From Yuukianura sp. NJ FZ-2021 (Eukaryota), in assembly GCA_046563655.1 (NCBI GenBank), contig CM102289.1:4650001-4714000 (forward strand): a stretch of 64,000 bases of DNA, written 5' to 3'. The notes below the pieces were generated by a model. The model was given only the letters and a program-made list of their open reading frames with translations. It searched no databases and had not been told where the DNA came from. This document shows, piece by piece, positions 1 through 12,336 of the stretch. The translations under genes and the position numbers were made by a program. The stretch's first letter is position 1; every line of letters begins with the position of its first letter.

Positions 1-552
1 ATCAGTTCTGCATTGCCCTTTCCTGCAGCCCAAAAAATTGGACCTTGCTGAATTGCATCTTCAAAATTTAGAACTCGACTAAGCAATCCAGGCTTTCCAG
101 TAAGCTGGACATGTCGAATAATTTCTTGGCAACAGGCAATAGCAATTTTGAAATCGTCTGAAAGTCAAAGTAAATAACTTTTTATTAAAATAGTATATTT
201 GTATATTACGTTGGCTATTTGCGGAATCTTAGTTACCATGATTCGCAGCACAATGCAGGGCTGTCCCACTTCCATATCCAACTTCAGTTACATCCGCACC
301 TTTTTCCAGCAGCAAGGTCAAGGTCTCGAGGTCACCACTGCGAGCAGCCTTAAGTAGCGGCCCTTCGTTCTGAACAGAAATTATTTTGTCTTCCATTTGA
401 ACATTTACCATTTCATAACTTGCATTTTTCTTGATAGATTCACTCTGTACAAATAAAAAAGTAGCTTTAACAACATGTAGGTTTAAGAAAAAACACTTTT
501 TGTAAACATAGACACTTTAAAAAGACAAAGTCCTTACTTGGTTTGGTTCCAT
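1..552 (-). CDS. Ankyrin-repeat TRPA-type channel, copy 1 (5' part only, runs off the left edge)
   Basis: Exon ~233-444 (SESIKKNASYEMVNVQ...PLLKAARSGDLETLTLLLEKGADV...GTALHCAANH) is clearly paralogous to the first ankyrin exons of copies 2 and 3. A further exon lies at 1-158. The predicted first coding exon is 538-552 (MEPNQ|gtaagg); the ancestral ATG is at 736. Confidence 0.8.
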
Positions 553-720
553 GTGATTTGGTCAGAAAGTGAAAAGATCAAAAGTGAAATGATCAGAAAA
601 AAAAGGTCAGAAAAGGAAGGAACGTAACCAAACCTAACCTTAGATCTTTTGAATTCTGACCTTTTCACTTCTGATCATTTCACTTCTGACCAAATATTTC
701 TGACCATTTCACCTGCTACG
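545..720. mobile_element. 176-bp non-autonomous foldback/MITE insertion with 8-bp target-site duplication
   Basis: CTTGGTTT direct repeat at 537-544 and 721-728; arms of inverted GGTCAGAA/TGATCAGAA versus TTCTGACC/TTCTGATCA repeats around a central AACCTAACCT. Confidence 0.8.
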
Positions 721-3131
721 CTTGGTTTAATGGCATCTTCAGTAAGCATTGACTTTTGGCGAGTTTTTCAATTTGTTCAAACAAAACACTTTCAACAGAT
801 CAGTATGAAAATTAACACAAATTTGAAATTATTCTGTGATTTTGTAATAAAAACGTTTTCAAAGCTTTTCTCCCACTTTCACCAACACAGCACTTCTTTT
901 TCCGAGGAATACTTTAACAGTTCATGTTACACTGAATTTAAAAACTATGAGTTACGCTTGAAATTTTAGAACTTTGGAATTTTGGAAGTAAAGAATTTTG
1001 ATCCAAAAGTAAAACCAAAATGGAGAAAAGGTGTAATCATAAGGAGGGGTTTTTTGGGGTGGGGGATTTTTGCAAAAACCACGGAAGGCGCGCAGATGCA
1101 ACTTCTGCACACCATAGATACTGAGAGCTACAAAAAGAAACAGAAGAAGTTCCACCGAAAACCACCATATTTATTTACAATTTCCACACCTTTAGGCCCA
1201 GACGAACAGAAATTAACTTCCAGAGAAGTTTTTTTGAGGTTAAAACCAGACAGGGAAAATTGGCTGAAAAGGAATAAAAACTGTTTTTTCAGTCGTGAAT
1301 TCAGTCCACCGGAACGGAAGTCACTTTTTTTCTTTCCTAACACCAATTGTTTATAATTCTCGCAAGTCACAGTGTGTTCACAAGAAGCAAAAAGGAAGTG
1401 AACTGGTTGAGTGTTAATGGAAAACTAAGAAAATAAAAACGAAACTTATATTGCGGGAGTCAAAATTTGATTAAAGGAATCCTGTTGCCTCAAGTGCTAA
1501 GTTCTGGAAAAAGAGAACGGGAACTTGACCTTAAGGGGTCAATCAAGGGTAAGTGAACAATTTTTGGAACTTTAGTAAATTAAATTTCCTTTGATTGAAG
1601 AAGTATATGTCTTGGGATGGAACTTCTACTCAAAATTGCAGCTTTTCATTAAAGAGAAAGCTTTTAGGGTGGTTTCTATTGATTAGGGAGGATGCTTTTA
1701 CCACTAATAAATGCTTTCTCCCCATTTTCTGAAAGAAGCAAAGATCTCGATTCATTTAGAAGCAAAGGAGCTTCACATGCCATCAACTTTTTCTTGATTC
1801 TCCAATTTTCTATAGCATCTTCTTCCCCTAAAATACCAGATCCTTTTCCCCGAAATGAACGAAGAAGCTCATCCTTCTTGAAGAAAATTGCGCACACTCC
1901 CACTTCATTAAAGTCCACTTTGCAGTTTTTTTTTCAAGTGATCATCAGAATTTAAATTAAAAAATAAGTTATTATTCAAAAATTTTATCTTACGAAAGTT
2001 AAAAGAAAACCTGAACGTTGAATTTAAGCTTATCTTCTAGAAAATTTTGAAAAATGAGGTAACATCTCTGGTGGCAAATTGTTATATCTGCAAGTTTTAA
2101 TGTGCTTACGAAGCTTATATTCTACGTGGTGTAATAAGCAACTAATCAATGCCTCTGTTTAAGTTTTTTGCCCTGGGAATGCGTGCTCTATTGTTCTTTT
2201 TAATCCCATTATCCCGTAAGGCTTACATTGAAGGTAGGCACGAGAAACGTGTCCAGAACTTAAATTAATACCTGCATTGTCTACTGATCCCGAGATGAAG
2301 ATTATAAACTTAAATCTCTCCTGTTTCCCCGCTGGTACTTTATGGATTTGAATTTACTGTGGAAGTACTTCGTAAATGTCGGATGTGGGACTTCGAGGTC
2401 ATTGACCTCTCAGGCGGCGTCAACATGAGCTCCGCCTTCATTAGAACGGCCAATTTTTTTCCTGCAGTCATTCAAATAACCCTGAAAACGACAGTTTGCT
2501 AAAGTTCGTTGGTCAAATTTCGTCGTAATTTTTAATTTCTGAATAAAATAAATCTTTAATTATCATATTTTTTAGAACACTTTTTATATTTTTGTTTGGC
2601 AAACATGGTGTAATGCCAGTTTGAGGAAGAAAGTCAGAAAAACGCGGGAAGTAGTTGTTTATTTCAGAGGTGTTTTTAAGTACTCCACTCAAAAAATTCC
2701 TTGGTTGGACTCAACCCTCGCTTTAACTTCCAAACAATTGTGGGCATATATGGAGACACTACTTTGATGTTAACATAATACATTGCAATTACTTAAAAAA
2801 ATATATAAATTTTAATGGTTTACACGGAATTTTTTTTAACAAAACGTTGCTGTTAGAAGGCGAAATTAAGAAATAGATTCATAGGCCCAACGTCTTTCAG
2901 ATCTGAAATTTTGGGATTGGGCTGACGTTTAAAGCCAAATAAAAAAAAATATCATCTGTCTTTGATAACGCCAAAGGCAAGGCAAAGTAAACCCACCCTT
3001 AGTGTTTAGATGTAGTTAGTCATTAAAAGTACAATTGAACACATAACTTAATGAACTACAACGAAAGCGTTAGAGTTAGTACTAGGAAGCAAAAGTTAAA
3101 GTGATAATGTTTAGTCTTAACCAAAAATCGT

Positions 3132-3792
3132 ATGGATAAAATGTCAGTTCCAGACGAATTCAACAAAGCTGCACTTTATGTCAAAAGTTCCAGTGGTAAT
3201 GAATCTAAATTCAATGGCAATTTTTATTTCGGGATTACTTTACATTAGCAATTCTTCTTTCACCATGTAGGAAGGGTAGGGAGGGTATAATATAAGAATT
3301 CGCCTTGTCAGCCCACTAAACTAACGGCTATTTTAAACTTCAATTTTATATTATCGTTAAAAGTCCCAGTCTCCCGCCCCAGTACTTATTCTCGAGATTT
3401 TTGAAAGAGTATTTATTAAGGTTATTATGAGATTTCTTGTTATGAGAATTTATAAGTGCAAAAGCAAGACGGAATATGCTTGTTCCCGGTGATTCATTAT
3501 TTATTAGTTTTTTTAATTAAACTAATTCGTTTTGTTTTTGAATTTAATTGCAGTGTACAATACCCTTGACGGGAGCAAGAAGTTGGTGTTATACGGTCTC
3601 TACAAGCAAGCGACAAAAGGAGACATTACCCGACCGCCACCAAGTTTTTTCAACTTTCGCGGCAGACGAAAATGGAATGCTTGGAATGCCGTCCGCGGAA
3701 CACAGTCACATGAAGCCATGAAGCAGTACATTAGGATGGCCGACGAAATCAAAGAAGCATTAAGTCTCAGTCAAGCTAATCGTCCACGATAA
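3132..3792 (+). CDS. Acyl-CoA-binding protein, copy 1 (2 exons)
   Basis: Exon 1 MDKMSVPDEFNKAALYVKSSS|gtaatg; exon 2 LYGLYKQATKGD...PSFFNFRGRRKWNAW...EAMKQYI, matching the ACB-domain YKQATxGD and KWxAW motifs. Confidence 0.9.
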
Positions 3793-4914
3793 TCTAACTT
3801 CTGAAGCCACTTAACTTAATTACACACTTAAGACAACTTAATAGTAATAAGAATTAAATAATTAAACAATATTTGATACACTAAAGTGAAATTGTTCAAG
3901 TAATGTTTCAGATGCTAGCCTTAAAATGCATTTCAACTGCCGGGTAAATATGAACATTTCATTTTTAATAAATGCCATTAATGTTTATAGCTCCTGCAGT
4001 AGTTTAATATTTTAATTTACAATGTTGTGAATGCCGTTTTTGAAGTTGGAACTATTATTGAATTGAGGTGTTCCTCCAAGCCATTTGTTTCTGGAATTTA
4101 TTTTGTCTATTTTATTCTCGCAATTAAGCATTAGAACAAATACGGCCATCTCTTTCCGCCACATTTAGCATATATTCAATACCCGATATTGGACTTAAAG
4201 GGATGTGGTAAGTTCAGGAATTAATCGTCGCGCTTTACAATGGAATGGTGCATCGTCACAGATTCTTCATCCCTTGCAGTAAATATTTTTTTTGAAAGTG
4301 TGAAATTAAGAGTCAAGTTAAGAAGCAATCCGGAGAGTAATTTGTTCCCTGAGGGAATATAAACTAAATCTCTAATTCAAAGAACTATTTCCAACTGTTA
4401 ATTACTTACTTCCTTTCTTTATTAATTTTTTTAAAGCAAGTCAAGCACAACCTCAGCTAAATATTTTTCTTGACTTTTTATGAAGTTAGTGATTTCATTT
4501 CTTCGTGACTGCAACAAAAATCATTCAGTTGCCAAAATTTCGTCATTCTAATGCATATTTCTCCATAGTAGCTTTTGGCGTGTTAAAATGATGACGCTGC
4601 TGGTACTTCGCCAAGATACAGGCAAAGACAAATGAAGCTAGATTTTAAAGTGTATCCTCCACTGCGACTAGATGATTATACAAACCGTTCCATAATGAAC
4701 TTACATTGTCTCTGATAAGTTTGTTATATACTTGGCATTTGACACATTGGTACCTAAGCCACCAATGGTTAAACCTCACTTCAACTTTGCAATCTTTTAA
4801 AACTGTCGATATTTAATATCCAAAGCATCATTTCTCTTATTCACAATCACACCTAGGGCCACGAATCAATGTCAACAGAAACAGGAACAAAATAGGCACG
4901 CACATTGTAACGAC

Positions 4915-6560
4915 ATGGAGAATTGGCAAGTTACTGCCCTCATTCTCTGTGGTTTTGGATTTTTCAAGGAATTTAGGCCATCAGAGAGCTATCTAACAGA
5001 CTATTTGGTGAACTTCAAAGAGATACCACTCGACCAACTCGGTAAGGGCAAAGGTCAATGTTTCACATTTCACTTTGATTTTCATATCTACGCGCGTTTA
5101 TTTTTTCAGTTCATATTGCATTTCCTGTTGCGACTTACTCTTACTTGGCCACTTTGTTCCTCGTTTTCATTCTTACGGACTTTCTACGCTATCGGATCGT
5201 CATCATCGTCGAAGCAATCGCCTTTGTTGCCACTTACGCTTTATTGATATGGGGGAACACTTTGACCACTTTTATTGTAAGACTATTTTATTACAGTTGT
5301 AATTCGACTGACCTTTGACCTTTCGCTTGAATGGCTTTAGATCGTAGAAGTTTTTTTCGGATTGGCCATGTCTACAGAAGTGGCCTACTATACGTACATT
5401 TATGCCAAGGTAGACAAGGAGCATTACAAGAAAGTCACCTCATACACTTACACGGCAATCTTCATCGGGAGATTCTTTGCCGCAATCACAGGTCAACTGC
5501 TCGTCTCTTTCAGTATCATGGACTACCATCAACTCAATTACTTGACACTCGGTTCGGAAATTATTGCGTTTGTATTCGTACTTTTCCTACCGAAAGTGGA
5601 AGAATCGATTTATTTTCATCGGCAGACTGAAGGTCAAGGTCAGCTTGACCCAGACTCGAGCTCTTCCGCTCTTTCAGACATTCAAGATGTGGCTTTTGGC
5701 ACTTTTCCTAAGAAAAACTCATTTTGCGTCCCACATTCCTCGAAGATTCGAAGAGCGTTTCCTATTCTTTGGCTCCATTTCAAAACGGCTTACACAAATG
5801 CGTATGTACTCAAGTGGTCTATTTGGTGGGCGTTTGCAATGGCGGGTCACCTCCAGGTCACCAACTACATTCAAGCTCTCTGGTCCGTTACAGCCTCTGA
5901 GGGTGGTGGATCGGCTCGTTACAATGCTGCCGCAGAAGCCATATTATGTATCCTGAGTAAGAGAAACTATAACAACATAATATTGACAATTCTGGTGTCC
6001 TATATAACTCACTATTCCTGTTAAGGTGGAGCAGGGGCAATGGCAGTAGGTCACACAACAGTTTCCTGGAAGAAGTGGAGCGACGTCCCTATTGCGGTGA
6101 TTTCCATGCTGATGGCTGTACTGCTCGTTTGGATTTCTCAAACCAATGAGATGCTTGTCTCATATAGTGGCTACATTCTGTATCGGATTTTATTCCAAGT
6201 CAATTTAACATTAGCAAGGTAAGGGTAAAAAAAATAACTGAAATGAAATATTCAGATTCTGAATTACTACTTTCTTTCTGTGTTCCCTTTGCCAGCGCTG
6301 AAATTTCTGAACAAATACTGGAGGATAGTCACGGGTTAGTGTTTGGTTTCAACACCTTCGTTTCTCTTGCTCTTCAGACAATTCTGACAGTCGTGACAAC
6401 TGATCAAAGTGGACTGGCGCTGTCTGAAAGGTCACAGTTCCTGGTGCTTGGCGTGGCCTATGGATTACTCGGTCTTGGATTTGTAGCAGTAGCATGTTAC
6501 AGGCTCATGTCATATATTTGTCGGCATCCGTCCTCAGAATTAAATATAGTCGTCGGTTAA
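4915..6560 (+). CDS. SLC19 family thiamine transporter / reduced folate carrier (multi-exon)
   Basis: Family motifs LCGFGFFKEFRPSESYL, STEVAYYTYIY, VLKWSIWWA, NYIQALW and GLVFGFNTFVSLALQTILT; many hydrophobic helices; GT-AG introns. Confidence 0.9.
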
Positions 6561-6893
6561 ATTTTTAGGCAAGATTTCATTGAAAAGTCAGCAATTGACC
6601 TCTGACTCGTCGGTGGACTCATTCGGCAGCTTTTGGTTTTGATACGCATGTCACAAAACACTTGACAACAAATTATAAATGAATTTAATATATTTCATAC
6701 ATCATGGATTTAATACAATTAAAGAATGAATAATTTATTGGTTTTCGTATTTCTTAACAGTTAGTACAGAAAACAATAGGCTTAATAACTTTGCTTATTA
6801 ACGAATCTTTGATTCATTTAAGTAGTCAGCGGCTTTTTAAATAAAGTTTTATTAGAAATTCAAACACCACCAAAAATTCCCAACTGATTGCAA

Positions 6894-9800
6894 TTACCTA
6901 AGTTGCGCAATTGTATCCAAATTAAGTTCATGAAGTTCTTTTTGCAGTTTGTGCGGTAAGCCTGGAATGTAAATTGTCGCCTTTCTCCTGCAAAAAAAAA
7001 AATCAAAAAGTATTCGGGGCGGCGCTGAACATTTTCGGTTTAGGAATTATAGGAGCTAATATACTAAAATAATTTATTTGATGGTTTACCGTTGTTGTAC
7101 AATTTGTTCATTTTCACGTTCCGGAGGCATCAACATGAGATTTCTACGAAGAAATCCTTTGCCACAGATTGGAACACTTTCGTCCAGAAACGACTCCAGC
7201 ATCACAATTTGCTCCAGTTGGGTGCACAACTTCCAGATTTCTGCTCTCTCCCAAAAATCCTAACAATCAAAACTATATTTAAGTCAATTCATACTGCAAC
7301 AAAAAAGAGTGGCTCACAAATTTCAAATTTTTAAATACCCGTATTTCTTCAGATGCCAAACCAATGAGAAAATTCACCAGAAGTACCACAATGATCACAA
7401 TGAAAATTGCGAGTGCCAACATCACAAAGCCGGAGAAAATGTTGTCCTTTGAATCTCCGTAGAAGAGGCCATTGTAGTCCAGTTCACCGATCATAAACGT
7501 TATGATTTTTACAAAAGACTGGGCAGCTGAAGAAAATGAAGGTTCCTAAACTAACAAAACTCAAAATAAATACCACCAAATAATAGAATCATAAATTACT
7601 TTGGAGTTCGATTTTTTTTGAAAGCTTGCCCCTGGTAGTAGAAGGACGAAAATAGTGGCAAAACCAAAGAGTATTGGAGCAGTTACTGCAATTGCGATCA
7701 CCAGTGTTTGCGTGGACTGTTCAGAAAGTCATTTTTCACTTGTACCAATTCATTCTTATATTTTTTAAGAAAACGAGCCCCAGAAAACAATTACCTTCCA
7801 AAGTAAATTTATGTACACTCTAAAGCGTGGTATTTTCCCGAGTTCAATGTTAATAGCAATCCAAATTAGAAGACCCAGTATCTATGCATGGTATTCAAAA
7901 AAAGTATCAACACATTAAAAAGAAAAAATGCTGATTTAAGAAACCTAAAGAAAACACTTACACCAGCAATGATGTATTGGCAAGTTTCGTCAAATAAAAA
8001 TACTCCCAACGTAGGCAGAGTGCTAAGCACAATTGTCAAAGAGAGCACTAATGGCCAGCTCGGTAGAATTTTGAATACCATTCCAATGTAGTATCCAATC
8101 GTTTGAAAAAATGCTTCAATCCAACTCGTTTCTGCTTTGAATTGCTTCATAGGTCGAAATATCCAGTGCAGATTTTGTTTCGTAACATGAAATTGGCTCA
8201 ACAAGAATACGAAAACTGCAAATAAATTGAAAAGCCCACTCCAAAATATTTTTGGAGTCATTTCGCATTCGAATAAACCTGCAACAGAGAATTCACATAT
8301 TAATAAAAACATGTTAAAAAAGTAGGTAAGTAATGAAATCTGATAAAAAACAAAACAACAACAAAAAATAAAATCTTGAGGTTCCCGAATCCCGATATTA
8401 CTTTTGTGCTTTGCATCACTAGGAGCGTCATCTGAAGCGGGTGGTCGCAGTTTCAGCCAAGAAAATTCGGTTGAATTTTGGTAAGGGCAATTGATTCGGT
8501 AAATGTGCACAACCAAGAAGAAGTTGAACAGATACCAGAGCATCTGGAAATACAAAACACTTCTGACAACAATGCTTTTTCAAGTTTATTGAGAAAATGT
8601 AAAAAATTAATCGTAGAAAATTTTCGAATAGAAGAAAATTTCTTAAAATCAAAAGAACACGACTCACATGTAAAATACGAAATACAATAAAAAATGTACG
8701 AATCTTTTTCCATTTCTCGTGAATGTAAATTTTGACGAATGTATTGTGCAAAATTTCTTTCCGATCGTCGAATTTGGCATAACAAATTTTGGCTAATTCT
8801 TCCGTTTCTTTGTACACATTGGATTTGGTGGTGCTATAGCCAAGAATTGGACTGGAAACAAAAATATATTTCAATAGAATAGAACTTTATAAGTTTATAA
8901 GTTTCTGAAACGCTACCCAAAGTCTAATTCTGCAATATATTTCATAAACTAATTGAATATATTATCAATAAATTGTCCATGTTTACCCAAAATCCAGCTC
9001 TGCATAAGTATTGACTGAATTGATGTGTTCAACAAAACCGGAGTTTTTAGCCGCTTCATCTAAAAGCACATTGACGGCTTGTGGAATTTTCTCATAAACT
9101 TTCTCTAGTGGAGTCTTGCCACGTTTAGATCTTTTCAGAAAAATGGAAATGTAAAAACAGTTTTGAAGAAGTTCTGTTACACCAAAGGAACAATTTTTGA
9201 TTCTACCTTATGTCAAAAGCTGATCCAGCAAGAAGCAAAATTTTGGTTGCTTCAATATTTCTGTTTGCTGCTGCTAAGTACAGTGGTGTACAACCATCTT
9301 GATCCTGAGCATTCAGCAATTGTTTCTTCTCTTCCTCGTCTTCAATGTTGTTCAAAATTGTTTGAACACAAGCCTCAGCTTTGTACTGATTACCAAGATT
9401 TGCTGCAGAATGTAGCACAGTAAATCCCGTGTTTCCTTCTCTAACGTTGTAGCACTCTGGAACCATTTCCAGAACCTGAGCGTATCCACGACGCGCAGCA
9501 ATATGAATTGGACAACTTCCGCCAGAGTCAAAATGGTTCAAACCAACTGACTTGATTTCTTCATCTACGTTGTCAATCAGAACTTTGGTGCATTCAATCG
9601 CCTTTTTCATAAATCCTAAAAGCATAATTCAATTTCAAAGTTTTTTTTCAGTTTCGAAAAGAAGCTTTCTTTTTCTACTAAAATCGTACCATGTCCAAGG
9701 CATCTATGGAACACGTTTCGCCCAACTTTATCCACCTTTAGAACGTCAGCACCGCTTCGTATTAAGATTTCAATTAGCGCAGCATGACCAGCAATTGCAG

Positions 9801-10646
9801 CCATTTGCAAACAAGTCCAATTTGTCCACTTCCTTTCGATGTTTAAGTAATTTTGTAGTTTCTTGAGGTCATTGTCGTAGTACTTAGGATCTACCAAAAC
9901 TCGTGTGCAGCTTATTGCTTTTTCAACATCGCCTGTTGAAATTAAAGAAAATGCTGGAGCATCTTGTTGAAAAAAGAGGTTCTGTTTTAAATGTTGCTTA
10001 CCGAGCTGTGCTGAAGAATGAAGTAGGGTTTCATTTTTGAAATTTACGCCAAGGTTAGCTCCATTGTCTAAAAATATTTTTACCAGTTGTGAATTCCCAG
10101 CTCCAGCTGCCCAAAATATCGGGGTTTGTTCGATGTTGTCTTTAACGTTTAAAATTGTTGAAAGTAGAGATTTGTCGGAACTTTTTTGAGCGTGACGAAT
10201 GATTTCTTGGCTACAGGCAATTGCGTTTTCGAAGTTACCTTTTGAATAAGATAGTTGAAAAAATTAAGTACTATCACCAAAAACGTTTAGAATGCTTCGT
10301 TTTAGATTTAAATATAAAATTCACTAACGGTTGTGCGCAGCCCAATGCAACGGTGTACCTCCGCTTGGTCCAACTTCGGTCACTTTTCCTCCCTTTTCTA
10401 GCAGCAAGGTCAACGTTTCGATATCTCCAGTTTTAGCAGCTTTTAGCAGTGGACTCATTTCTGCGTATTTTGAGCTTTTGATACCCTGAACTTCAACGTT
10501 TACCATTTCGTAACTGGGATGTTTACTAGAATTTTCGTTCTGAAATAAATATCAAAATAGCCTAAAAACTGAACGAATTGATATATGTTCAAAATGTTTT
10601 TTGAAAAATTAATAACTGTTAAACTTACAAGTCTCTTTGACGGCAT
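6894..10646 (-). CDS. Ankyrin-repeat TRPA-type channel (pyrexia/painless-like), copy 2
   Basis: First exon MPSKRL|gtaagt at 10646; multiple ankyrin repeats (TPLHWAA, CPIHIAARRG, TVLHSAA, TPLYLAA); TM region with pore motif MIGELDY and S6 NFLIGLA; final exon ends IAQLR-TAA at 6894. Confidence 0.88.
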
Positions 10647-12336
10647 TTGTAAATCACGGTGCGATCAATTTTATAGATAAACTTTTCAAATTTATTTTCT
10701 AAAAACGCACGTAACTAGCAAAATTATTCCTTGATTGTTGCGGAATTTGGAAATCAACAGCTGAAATATCCGACAACTGGAAATTTTTAAAATTCCAAAA
10801 ATTTCCTAATTTCAGTCACTGTTCTGGAAAACCTGGTTTTCACTTTTCACTGAACATAAAGATGGAGGAAGGGCGTAGCACTTCACAGGGTGTTTTTGCA
10901 ATGGGGTGGGACAGAATACCTTAGCGATATACCGAAAGGCAACTGCAATGCGCAGATGCAATTTTTTAGTTTTGCTAAATCAAATTCAAGAAGAAAAAAG
11001 AAGTCAGAAACGGGGTGGCACACAACGCACTTCCACGTATAAAACCTTCCATATTTGAAATTCAAAATCTTGATAAGGTGAATAATTTAAGTTTCAGTCA
11101 TTTCACTTGTTTTATTCAAAACAAGACAGCAAACAGGAATCATCGGACAAAGAACTTTGACTCCAACTGTGTCACTCCAGGGCTTCTAACGTATCAGTTT
11201 TCAATAAAGTAGAAAACAAAACAATATTTAATCACAAAAAAATGGAAATTCTGGAACACATTTTTAAAAATTTCGTGCGGAACCACAAAGGGAAACTATA
11301 CAGGTAATTCAACAAAAATCACAATAACAATATAAACCACGGAACTTTGCCACAAGAATTGACGCTTCCCTAAAAAACACTAAATTCCTGGGAATGTATA
11401 ATTGAAAAACATTTTTTAAAGTTAGTACGGAAGTGGATGCATTTAACTCAACAGTGAAAGTTATTTGATCGTTGGAGGGTGGCGGTGAAAGTCAGTTTAA
11501 CTTTGTATTGATTTGGAGATATGCCTCGTATGATACTCTCGTCTTTTAAAGCTCTTCTGTGGGTACTAGAAGTGTAGCAGATTCCAATTCTATTGTTTTT
11601 TTTTGTTCTTCAAATATTTTTTGATTCTGGATCGAACGCGTCTCAATTCACAGCTTCAGTTCCACCTAAAATCATTGTGCACGCGTGCTTGTCTTTTTCT
11701 TTAAATTCCTGAGAGATCTGAAGTTCTTTTGTTCCGTGATGGAACTTGGCACGCTGCATTCACACGTTCTCTCAGGAATTCCGAGCCTTTCATCACAGAT
11801 ACTTTTTTTTTGTTTTTAAACTTTCCCAGTTTGCACAAAATCTAATCAACTTTGTAAAATGATTTCGCTGGTAATGTCAATTGTAATACAAATTAGTATA
11901 ATTTATGTTGTTCTTTAGTTGTTCTTTATTTATAAGTCAAAATACATAAATTTGAGGGAAAAAATTCGTTTAGAAAATAAAAACCTTTGAGATCTCTAAC
12001 GAGCAAGCCAGCTCAAAAGTTTATACAACTAAATTTAGTGCAGCAATTCTTTCCTCCTAAAGAATTGGGTGTTTGAGTTTTCTTTGTCCCTTTGTGGACT
12101 TCTTTCAATGTTTTTGAATTTTTAATAAGTGTCCAAATCTTGAGCGTCGATGGCCTTAAGGCTCCTAAAATTTTTTTATTGTGCTCCTCCGACCTCCGAC
12201 GACGTGGGAATTTATTTTGTGTTGAGCGCTATAAAACTCCAGTAAAGGAATTTAACGCATTTTTGTGTGTTTAGAAAAACTTAGTAGTTCCACAACAATA
12301 TAAAACAAAAAAGGTTGCTCTAAAAAGTAGCCCTTA

